Assembly (NCBI GenBank): GCA_018372435.1
Contig: JAHAJA010000003.1
Coordinates: 130,585-194,584 of the forward strand
DNA from: Clostridiales bacterium
GTDB lineage: Bacteria; Bacillota; Clostridia; Lachnospirales; Lachnospiraceae
DNA: 64,000 bases
Direction: 5' to 3'
The translations under genes and the position numbers were made by a program. Below are positions 39,596 through 47,633 of this stretch, in pieces. A model generated the notes under the pieces. It was not told the origin of the DNA. It saw only the letters and a list, made by a program, of their open reading frames with translations, and ran no database searches. How positions within the stretch are numbered: position 1 is the stretch's first letter; each line of letters starts with the position of its first letter.

Positions 39596-39745
39596 GACGA
39601 TGTTCGACAAACTTCTAATATCTTCTTTGTTATACTTGTAACCGAGCAAATACAGCATATAGCAAACTGATATCAGAATTAGGTAATAATTTTGAAGTTA
39701 TTAATGATATAATTAATTGTATATAATATGATATTTTACTCTAAG
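39596..39745 (+). repeat. Bipartite direct repeat, intact copy (part A 39596..39641 contiguous with part B 39642..39745)
   Basis: Part A (GACGATGTTCGACAAACTTCTAATATCTTCTTTGTTATACTTGTAA) recurs at 43920..43965. Part B (CCGAGCAAATACAGCATATAGCAAACTGATATCAG...ACTCTAAG) recurs at 45296..45397. Weaker similarity extends ~25 nt upstream of A (TTGGGG...). Confidence 0.85.
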
Positions 39746-39946
39746 AATATGCACAAGTTTTTGATGTTGCATTTCAATACATTCTGACAGAAAAATATGT
39801 TATAGATATTCAAACTATAGTTTGCAATGGCTCCTTGAGATATGACTATTATTAAGTATTTGGTATGTTGTTGATAATTAATATTTTTAATGCTAAAATA
39901 ATGATGAAAAATTACATATGCAAAAGGTTGAAAGGAGTATTGTCTT

Positions 39947-42004
39947 ATGAAATGCAAAAAGATTGGTATGAAGATGATTATCACTATATTGCCGGTCATT
40001 CTCTTAGCGATGGTGATATTAACCATATTGAGTGCTGTATCAAGTGAAAAAATTATTAAAGAACAAATTAACAATGTTATGGATTCGGAATTGTCTGCAC
40101 AGCTTCAGAATATTCAAAACTATTTAAATTCCGTTTCGTCTATGGCAAATACATTATCAAAATCAGTAGGAAGTACATATGAAAGTTCAAACATATCTGA
40201 TTATGAGAAGTTGTTAGGTAGAATGGTTATGGATAATGATTTAGTTATGGGGTCTGGAATATGGTTCGAACCATATGTCTTTGATAAATCACAGGAATAC
40301 GTGGGGCCATACGTATACAAAGAGGGATCTAATTACATAACCACCTACGATTATAGCAATGCAGATTATGATTATTTCTCACAAGAGTATTATAAAAATT
40401 CTAAAAATGCAACGAAAGCGGTATTTACAAATCCCTATTATGATGAAACATTGGATACCATTATGTCTACCTGTTCAATCCCAATCTTTAATCATAATAA
40501 TACATATATTGGCTGTATTACGGTAGATATGGAGTTAACCGCCATACAAACGCTTGTTGGAAATATCAAGGTTGGGGAAAGTGGCAATGGGCTTCTTCTT
40601 ACCGCTGATGGAACGTATATATATGGTGATGATTTAGAAAAAGCCACAAACAGTGAGAAGATTATGGAGGATGATAATAGTTCCCTTGCAGTAGCAGCGG
40701 TAGAGATTATGGGAAATCAAGAAGGGACATCATCTTATGTAAAAGATAAGAATGAATATAATTTATATTATACAACGCTTCCAGATTTAAATTGGAAATT
40801 AATCATTCAGATGCCTGAAAAAGAATTATTTCGTCCAATTGTTGAATTATTACAGAAGTTAATTATTGTATGTATTATAGCTGTACTTGGGGTTATGGCT
40901 ACTGTTTTAATACAGGTGAAATCAATATCGAATGGACTTAAGAGGGTGAAAACTTTTGCCAGTTCATTAGCAGATCGAGATTTTACTATCAGACAATTAG
41001 AAGTGAAGACAATTGATGAACTTGGGCAGATGGGAGATTCTCTGAATGCGATGTATAATAGTAATAAAACAGTTATTCAAAACATTGCAAGTCGCGCGGA
41101 CGAAATCAATGATTCTAGTACCAAGTTGAATGATTCTGCCGTAAATTTACAAAATCAATTTCTTAAGATTGAGAACTATATGGCAGAAGTTAATGAGGCG
41201 ATGATGTCAACAAGTGCTTCAACGGAAGAGGTAAATGCCTCAACAGAAGAGGTAAATGCCTCCGTAAGTGTTCTAGCAGCGCAGATTCAAAAAAGCAAAG
41301 CAATGTCTGATGAAATAAAAAGTCGTGCAGTAAATATTGGAAAGTCAAGTAAGAAGTCCTTTGGGGTAGCTTCTAATTTAGCTGTAAAATATGAGGCAGA
41401 ACTTAAGAGGAGTCTTGAAAATACAAAAGTTGTAGAGTCAATTGGAACAATGGCTGGTGTGATATCTGACATTGCGAACCAGATTAATTTACTTTCTTTA
41501 AATGCTTCTATAGAAGCAGCAAGGGCAGGAGAAGCTGGTAAAGGATTCGCAGTCGTTGCATCTGAAATCGGCAGACTTGCTAACGATACGGCCATTACGG
41601 TTACAGAAATTCAAGATACAGTTCAAGAAATTGAGGAAGCTTTCAAAGCACTAACTCAGGATTCAAGTGCCCTTCTAACCTTTGTTAAAGAAACAGTAAC
41701 GCCTGATTATCAAAGCTTTGTTAATGTAGCAGAACAGTATGAAGCAGATGCAAATCATATTGAAAATATCTCAGAGAGGATTTCTGAGATGGGAAGTGGA
41801 ATTGAGAGAATTATGAGAGAAGTAAGTCTTGCAATTCAAAGTATTGCGGAATCGGCACAATCAACAGCGGAAAATAGCAACCTTATTATGGACTCCGTAA
41901 CGGAGGTATCAGTAACCGTGGAAGCTGTTAATTCTATGTCGAAACAACAAGAGGGAATTGCATATAATCTAAGTCAAGTAGTTGGTGAATTCAAGTTACA
42001 GTAG
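39947..42004 (+). CDS. Methyl-accepting chemotaxis protein with extracellular dCache-like sensor domain
   Basis: N-terminal TM helix, a ~270-aa periplasmic Cache-type domain, a second TM helix, a HAMP domain and the MCP signalling domain (...[31 protein letters not shown]). Confidence 0.85.
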   Translation: MKCKKIGMKMIITILPVILLAMVILTILSAVSSEKIIKEQINNVMDSELSAQLQNIQNYLNSVSSMANTLSKSVGSTYESSNISDYEKLLGRMVMDNDLVMGSGIWFEPYVFDKSQEYVGPYVYKEGSNYITTYDYSNADYDYFSQEYYKNSKNATKAVFTNPYYDETLDTIMSTCSIPIFNHNNTYIGCITVDMELTAIQTLVGNIKVGESGNGLLLTADGTYIYGDDLEKATNSEKIMEDDNSSLAVAAVEIMGNQEGTSSYVKDKNEYNLYYTTLPDLNWKLIIQMPEKELFRPIVELLQKLIIVCIIAVLGVMATVLIQVKSISNGLKRVKTFASSLADRDFTIRQLEVKTIDELGQMGDSLNAMYNSNKTVIQNIASRADEINDSSTKLNDSAVNLQNQFLKIENYMAEVNEAMMSTSASTEEVNASTEEVNASVSVLAAQIQKSKAMSDEIKSRAVNIGKSSKKSFGVASNLAVKYEAELKRSLENTKVVESIGTMAGVISDIANQINLLSLNASIEAARAGEAGKGFAVVASEIGRLANDTAITVTEIQDTVQEIEEAFKALTQDSSALLTFVKETVTPDYQSFVNVAEQYEADANHIENISERISEMGSGIERIMREVSLAIQSIAESAQSTAENSNLIMDSVTEVSVTVEAVNSMSKQQEGIAYNLSQVVGEFKLQ

Positions 42005-42085
42005 ATTTGATTGAATATTAAGAAGTGAGCTATACAGAGTGCAATGAATGTTATAACTAGATTGTATAAGAATTGAAAACTAGTC

Positions 42086-42210
42086 AAGACCACCAGCTTA
42101 GCTGGTGGCTTGCTCTGCCCCTATAAGGGGCTACTTCCTGCTTGCGCCCGGGAGCGCCTGATGGATTTGCCAACCGCACTTCTTCCTCAGGCTAGCCCTA
42201 AAGGGCTTTT
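42086..42210 (+). other. GC-rich multi-hairpin element (candidate structured ncRNA or compound 3' element)
   Basis: Four GC-rich hairpins with 3-6-nt loops: CCACCAGC-TTA-GCTGGTGG, GCCCCT-ATA-AGGGGC, GCGC-CCGGGA-GCGC and AGCCC-TAA-AGGGCT. GC content is far above the local background. Confidence 0.4.
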
Positions 42211-42218
42211 GTAAAATA

Positions 42219-42246
42219 AAAACGTACTATTGACAGTACGTTTTTA
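42219..42246 (+). terminator. Rho-independent terminator (perfect hairpin)
   Basis: AAAAACGTACT-ATTGAC-AGTACGTTTTT. Confidence 0.8.
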
Positions 42247-42303
42247 CTATGATAGATTAGTTGAAGGGATTTAATTAAATATATTTAACTAAAAAGACAG
42301 CGA

Positions 42304-42753
42304 ATGGAGACTCAAATGGAAGAGAAATTTTCAAACCTAGTAAATTTATTATGGGAAGAATGTATAAGAAATCTTAATTCTACGTTAACTGAAGAGGAAG
42401 TAAACAAATTTTCAAACAATGACTACTATTATTTGCTGGTAATTCATTCCTTACAAAAACCGAATTTCTCACAAATTGCAGAAAAATTATCATTGACTAA
42501 GCCTGCTGTTTCAGCAATTGTAAGAAAGCTAATTAATATGAAATTAGTTGAAAAACAGCAATCTACAGAGGATAAAAGAATTTATAATGTTGTACTAACA
42601 ACAAAGGGAAGGAGTATTTTACAGGGCGATAAAGCTGTTTACAAATGGGTTACGGATACCATTAAGGATAACGTAACAAGTGAAAAAGAACTTATAATTA
42701 TCGAACATATTATTTCTGTATTAGTAGAAGAATTAGAGAAAAAGAACATATGA
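42304..42753 (+). CDS. MarR-family transcriptional regulator
   Basis: Winged-helix region (FSQIAEKLSLTKPAVSAIVRKLINMKLVEK), 149 aa. Confidence 0.7.
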   Translation: METQMEEKFSNLVNLLWEECIRNLNSTLTEEEVNKFSNNDYYYLLVIHSLQKPNFSQIAEKLSLTKPAVSAIVRKLINMKLVEKQQSTEDKRIYNVVLTTKGRSILQGDKAVYKWVTDTIKDNVTSEKELIIIEHIISVLVEELEKKNI

Positions 42754-43031
42754 AATGTATTGCAATGAATAAAAGGAAGGTATTTCAAATCATCGCGATT
42801 AGTTTAATTATAATGTCCTTTGTGTTATATGCCATTATGCCATTTAATACTTGCTTACCATTTTCAGGTTGTACTATTGCAGGGATAACTGGAGCGATGA
42901 TAATAATAAGCGAAATTATATTTTGGGTAGGAAGTCTAATGATTAGCAGGGATATTGTATTAAGAATTAAAAAGAAATATAGTCTTATGAGTATAATAAA
43001 ATATATGAGAGACAGAAAGAAGAGAAAATAG
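42750..43031 (+). CDS. Transporter-suffix-domain-like small membrane protein
   Basis: 93 aa with 2 TM segments; the pattern PF..LPFSG.T.AGI.G...IISEIIFWVGSL...R is typical. It overlaps the MarR stop by 4 nt. Confidence 0.5.
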   Translation: MKCIAMNKRKVFQIIAISLIIMSFVLYAIMPFNTCLPFSGCTIAGITGAMIIISEIIFWVGSLMISRDIVLRIKKKYSLMSIIKYMRDRKKRK

Positions 43032-43032
43032 G

Positions 43033-43785
43033 ATGATATTTTATTTTAGTGGAACAGGAAATTCTAAACATATTGCTGATAAAATAGCCAGTAGTACAGG
43101 TGATAAACTAGTATCTATATCTGAAAGCATCATAGAGAACAATGATACATATGAAATTGGAGAAAATGAAAGTATAGGATTTGTTTTTCCTGTATATTGG
43201 TATTGTGTACCAACAATAGTTGAAAAGTTTATAGTACAACTGAAATTATCGGGATATCAGAAACAATATGTTTATGCAATAGCAACGTATGGTATAGCTG
43301 CTGGTAATGTTATGGGTAGGTTAACCCAAACTTTGAATAAAAAGCAAGTACAATTAAATGGAATATTCGGGGTAAAGATGGTTGATAATTATGTTGTTGG
43401 TTATAATATTATTGATGTAGATAAACAAAGGACTATTTTAAAGAACGCAGATATAGAAATAGATAAAATTATGCTTATGATTAAGTATCGAGAAAATATA
43501 GAGTACATAAAAAGAGGAATGATTGCGTTTGTTACTCCAATCACTGGATATGCTTATAGAAAAACCAAGCACACTAAAAATTTCTTTGTTACACCAGAAT
43601 GTAATGGTTGTAAACAATGTGAAAAAAGCTGTCCATGTAATGCGATACATATGGAAGGGAAAAAACCTGTTTGGATAGGCGATTGCACATTTTGTTTGAA
43701 ATGCATACATAGCTGCAAACAATCAGCAATTCAGTATGGCAAATACACTGAGAAAAGAGATCGGTATCTGTATAAAGAGCAGTAG
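43033..43785 (+). CDS. EFR1-family ferredoxin (flavodoxin-like domain plus 2x[4Fe-4S] domain)
   Basis: N-terminal MIFYFSGTGNSKHIA (flavodoxin-like) and the C-terminal cysteine clusters CNGCKQCEKSCP and CTFCLKCIHSC. Confidence 0.7.
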   Translation: MIFYFSGTGNSKHIADKIASSTGDKLVSISESIIENNDTYEIGENESIGFVFPVYWYCVPTIVEKFIVQLKLSGYQKQYVYAIATYGIAAGNVMGRLTQTLNKKQVQLNGIFGVKMVDNYVVGYNIIDVDKQRTILKNADIEIDKIMLMIKYRENIEYIKRGMIAFVTPITGYAYRKTKHTKNFFVTPECNGCKQCEKSCPCNAIHMEGKKPVWIGDCTFCLKCIHSCKQSAIQYGKYTEKRDRYLYKEQ

Positions 43786-43919
43786 TTATGGGTTTTATGT
43801 ATGCGTATTACCGTAATAGTAATTGAATAGTAGAAGTAATGATATAGTAGCTGTGCGATTGTGATAGATTGCACAGCTTTTCTGCGATATTGATAAATAA
43901 TGTTATTGGGGATAAATGT

Positions 43920-43965
43920 GACGATGTTCGACAAATTCCTAATATCTTCTTTGTTATACTTGTAA
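43920..43965 (+). repeat. Bipartite repeat, part A only (second copy), followed by a 1.33-kb insert
   Basis: 44 of 46 nt identical to 39596..39641. Downstream it continues into unrelated sequence (ATATATGTTATTAAAGATGAAGGAG...) rather than into part B. Confidence 0.85.
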
Positions 43966-43996
43966 ATATATGTTATTAAAGATGAAGGAGATGTAT

Positions 43997-45088
43997 ATGG
44001 GATTATTTGATAGGTTAAAGGAACCTGTTTTTCTAAAAGAAAGTAGTGACGCGGAAGTACAATTATATACATTAAAAGCTTTGGAACCACGATTGAATAA
44101 AGAGGGACAAGCACTAATAAAGCAGGATATCCAGTGCCTTGAATATGGTATTGCTGGAGAAAAGAATATTGCATATGAATTGAGAAATAGTCATATGCCT
44201 ATGTATATATTGCATGATATTTATCTAGAGTCGGGAGATCTAACAGCCCAAATTGATTATCTTGTAATTACAAGAAAGTTGTGTTTTGTAATCGAATGTA
44301 AGAATCTTTACGGAAATATTGAAATCAATAGTGCAGGAGATTTTATCCGTGAAATGGAATTTGGAAGATATAAGCAGAAAGAAGGAATATACTCTCCAAT
44401 TACGCAGAACCAGCGACATCTTGAGTTAATGAAGAAAATTAAGGTGGAGAATAAGAGTAATATTCTTTCAAAGTTCATGTGTGAAAGGTATTTCGACTGT
44501 TTCAATAAATCAGTAATCGTGTTAGCAAATCCTAAAACTGTGTTAAAAGCAAAGTATGCAAAAAAAGAGATAAAGGATAAAGTAATTCGTTCAGATCAAT
44601 TGGTAAAGTACATTAAGGATATGAATGAACGGTCAAAAGAAACAGCAAACTCAGATAAAGAGCTCATATCCTGGGCACAATCATATCTGAATTTGCATAA
44701 GGAAGTGCGAAAAGATTATACGGAAAAGTATGAGAAGTATAAATTAAAGGAAGTAATGACAGATGATACGATACATATAATCCCTATGATAGAGGAAGCT
44801 GCAATTTCAGTTATGGCGGAAGAAAATTTTAATAAAGAAAAAACAATTGTAGAAAAAAAGATAGAAGAAACAGAGATATACAAGGAATTAAGAGTATATA
44901 GATTAAATAAAAGTCGTGAAGAGATGGTGAAGCCATATTTTATATATAATAATAATCAGTTAGTAGATTTGATTTCTAGAATGCCACGAGATAAGGAGGA
45001 GTTGAAGAAGGTAGCTGGATTTGGAGAGGTTAAGGTTGAGAAGTATGGGGAGGATATCATAGGGATTGTGGGGAAGTATGTTGAATAA
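43997..45088 (+). CDS. NERD-domain (nuclease-related) protein with C-terminal HRDC/HhH-like region
   Basis: NERD signature (GEKNIAYELRN...YILHDIYLESGD...QIDYLVITRKLCFVIECKN). The C-terminal segment LNKSREEMVKPYFIYNNNQLVDLISRMPRDKEELKKVAGFGEVKVEKYGEDII is HRDC-like. The start follows a GAAGGAG RBS. Confidence 0.7.
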   Translation: MGLFDRLKEPVFLKESSDAEVQLYTLKALEPRLNKEGQALIKQDIQCLEYGIAGEKNIAYELRNSHMPMYILHDIYLESGDLTAQIDYLVITRKLCFVIECKNLYGNIEINSAGDFIREMEFGRYKQKEGIYSPITQNQRHLELMKKIKVENKSNILSKFMCERYFDCFNKSVIVLANPKTVLKAKYAKKEIKDKVIRSDQLVKYIKDMNERSKETANSDKELISWAQSYLNLHKEVRKDYTEKYEKYKLKEVMTDDTIHIIPMIEEAAISVMAEENFNKEKTIVEKKIEETEIYKELRVYRLNKSREEMVKPYFIYNNNQLVDLISRMPRDKEELKKVAGFGEVKVEKYGEDIIGIVGKYVE

Positions 45089-45151
45089 GTAGATTCAATA
45101 TAGTAGTAAATGGCCTAATAATAACATAATAATGTTTCGAGGAGGCTTGCT

Positions 45152-45340
45152 ATGCCCAAAATTATATCAATTAAAGATTTAAAGAATACATCTGTGATTT
45201 CGGCAATGTGCCATGTGTCGGAAGAACCAATCTATATTACAAAGAATGGATATGTAAATCATGATAATGAGTCTCAATCTGTAAAATTTTATAAACCGAG
45301 CAAATATAGCATATCGCAAACTGATATCAGAATTAGGTAA
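45152..45340 (+). pseudogene. Phd/YefM-family antitoxin, N-terminal fragment (truncated; no cognate toxin gene)
   Basis: RBS GAGGAGG. The first ~37 aa (MPKIISIKDLKNTSVISAMCHVSEEPIYITKNGYV) match the Phd/YefM/Axe N-terminus, after which homology is lost. The ORF runs on into repeat part B (from 45296). Confidence 0.55.
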
Positions 45341-45397
45341 TAATTTTGAAGTTATTAATGATATAATTAGTTGTATATAAAATAATTTCACTCTAAG
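45296..45397 (+). repeat. Bipartite repeat, part B only (second copy)
   Basis: ~90% identical to 39642..39745. It contains the extended -10-like TGATATAAT. Confidence 0.85.
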
Positions 45398-45674
45398 GGC
45401 TTTACTTCTCATTATAATTACAAACATAATAGATTAATAATTTATAATTCATTTTCCCTATTATAGTATGCGTATGACTATAAAGCTGTAATAGTGGAAA
45501 GACGGCGTAGCCTGTAATTATGCATGGGTGATTGTAAAGAAATATAGCAAAGTGATATAATACAAGAATATATAGATGCGCCAATTGCATTTGTTACTTG
45601 TTATTTGAAAAAGAAGTTAAGATATTAAATATACGTAAATTTAATTGAATAATTATAAAGTCATGGAGGATAAC

Positions 45675-46187
45675 ATGCAAGAACTTAACAATATATACCC
45701 AGACAATAAGCAAGATATGTATCAGCTATTAAAGGAACAGATGAAATCTATGTTAGAAGGAGAAAAGGATGTGATCGCTAATCTTTCTAATTGTTCTGCT
45801 CTATTGAATGAAGCCCTTACAGATATTAATTGGGTAGGGTTTTATCTTATGAAGCAAAATGAATTAATACTTGGTCCGTTCCAAGGTAAGTTAGCTTGTA
45901 TCCATATACCAATAGGAAAAGGAGTATGTGGAACTGCTGTGAAAACGAAAGAGATTCAATTAGTTAAAGATGTTCACGAATTCCCAGGACATATCGCTTG
46001 CGACAGCTCCAGCCGATCAGAGATTGTAATACCACTAATGTTACAGGACAAAGTCATTGGTGTGTTAGATATTGATAGCCCAAACGTAGCAAGATTTGAT
46101 GAAGTGGATGCACAGGAATTAGAAGAGATTGCTCAACTTATATTAGAGGGTTGCGCATGGGAAATTGAGATTCGATATGACTTCTAA
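45675..46187 (+). CDS. GAF-domain protein, free methionine-R-sulfoxide reductase (fRMsr)-like
   Basis: Conserved WVGFY...LGPFQGKLAC..IPIGKGVCG...FPGHIACDSSSRSEIVIPL block. The start follows a GGAGG RBS. Confidence 0.8.
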   Translation: MQELNNIYPDNKQDMYQLLKEQMKSMLEGEKDVIANLSNCSALLNEALTDINWVGFYLMKQNELILGPFQGKLACIHIPIGKGVCGTAVKTKEIQLVKDVHEFPGHIACDSSSRSEIVIPLMLQDKVIGVLDIDSPNVARFDEVDAQELEEIAQLILEGCAWEIEIRYDF

Positions 46188-46245
46188 AAGGGCTTAAAAC
46201 AAGGTGTTGAAAAGTATTTTGATAAGTAATAGAAGGAGACCCACC

Positions 46246-46692
46246 ATGACAACCATTTCCATACTATCCGACACCCACGGACTACTCCGTGAAGAGGTAA
46301 AACAACAACTAAAAAACTCCGACATAATCATTCATGCAGGAGACATTAATACACAGACCATCGTAGATGAACTTCGTAGTTACGCCCCACTCTACATCGT
46401 CAGAGGAAACAACGATAAAGAATGGGCGTGCGAACTTCCTACATCGCTGTTGATAACTATAGAAGAAGTGCGAATATTTATTGTGCACAATAAGAAGGAC
46501 ATACCGAAAGATTTATCAGATGTAGATCTTGTTGTGTATGGACATTCTCATAAGTATGATGACAAGGAAGTGGACGGAGTTAGAATGTTCAATCCGGGAA
46601 GCTGTGGAAAGCGTCGTTTTGATCTGGAGATTACTATGGCGAACATGATTGTAGATGGGAGTTCGTTTCATATTGAGAAGATTATGATATAG
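46246..46692 (+). CDS. Metallophosphoesterase (YfcE/MJ0936-like)
   Basis: MPP motifs ILSDTHG, HAGD, GNND and GHSH. AAGGAG RBS 8 nt upstream. Confidence 0.8.
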   Translation: MTTISILSDTHGLLREEVKQQLKNSDIIIHAGDINTQTIVDELRSYAPLYIVRGNNDKEWACELPTSLLITIEEVRIFIVHNKKDIPKDLSDVDLVVYGHSHKYDDKEVDGVRMFNPGSCGKRRFDLEITMANMIVDGSSFHIEKIMI

Positions 46693-46698
46693 TAATAA

Positions 46699-47349
46699 TT
46701 ATGCTTTCTTCTTTTGTATTCCACCATCGTCTGCAAAATCTAACAATTCCAAACCATCTCCGTCACTAATTAACATAATTACGATGTAAGCAACCAGGAA
46801 GAATATACCGAAGCTTGCTGATGATAGATCGGAAAGAAAGTCTCTTGAAGTATGAAATGTCTTCATTTCTAGTAAGAAATAAAAGAATACGATCACCAAC
46901 GCAAAAAAGTAAATACTAAATAAAGGATTATTTACCCAAACGGAAATTGTTGCAATTAATAAAACCAAGAAGAGACAACCAAATAGCCAAGCAGCTTTTT
47001 TCTTTGATTGCATCTTATAAACACCTATGCATAATAAGTAGGATAACAGGATATAACAGAGTAAAGTTGCACCGAGAATATATAGTGGTAACTCGATCTT
47101 TGCATAAGCATAATAGGAAGACATGGCTATCCCTGTAGCAAGTGCATTGATACAGCTACTAATAATATATAATTTGGGATTGTGAGCTCTGGCAATTAGG
47201 TGAATAATTAGTGAAAGTAACATAACACCTAACCCAATAAGGATACCTTGCCATCCGGAAATAATATTTGTAAATAAGACTGAAGAAGATGAGACTAATA
47301 GCCAAGTAATGATACTGAACATAAACGTTAGTTTTGCTTTTTTATCCAT
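46699..47349 (-). CDS. Hypothetical polytopic membrane protein
   Basis: 216 aa with ~6 predicted TM helices. No family recognised. Confidence 0.45.
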   Translation of the reverse strand: MDKKAKLTFMFSIITWLLVSSSSVLFTNIISGWQGILIGLGVMLLSLIIHLIARAHNPKLYIISSCINALATGIAMSSYYAYAKIELPLYILGATLLCYILLSYLLCIGVYKMQSKKKAAWLFGCLFLVLLIATISVWVNNPLFSIYFFALVIVFFYFLLEMKTFHTSRDFLSDLSSASFGIFFLVAYIVIMLISDGDGLELLDFADDGGIQKKKA

Positions 47350-47633
47350 TATAATATCCTTTCTTTTAGTGGGATACCATTAATTTACCATATATATACA
47401 TTGGAGTCTATGGCTATAATCAAATTAAGGATAAAAATATTGAAAAGCAATAATTTTGGTTCCAACACAGGAACAGAGTTATTGCTTTCAATACAATGTA
47501 AAAAGTTGCATAATTATAAATTAAATGCTATTATATTACCAGTAGTTGGATAAGTACGAACCTCTTTATGATTTATTATTATAAAGAGGTTTGTGTTATG
47601 TTATAAGATACGAATGAACGAGGAGGAGCATGA

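Noticed and set aside
39596-39745. Integron attC-like interpretation of the A|B repeat
   Set aside because: I looked for R''(RYYYAAC)...R'(GTTRRRY) cores with the crossover in G|TT. The candidates (GTTATAC, CTTGTAAC) violate the purine/pyrimidine pattern, and no intI-like gene is present. I kept it as a generic recombination-site hypothesis only.
42144-42175. Hammerhead-like CUGAUGA box (GCGCCTGATGGATTTGCC) in the GC-rich element
   Set aside because: The sequence is CUGAUGG, not CUGAUGA. There is no correctly placed GAAA or three-way junction, so this is a coincidental partial match.
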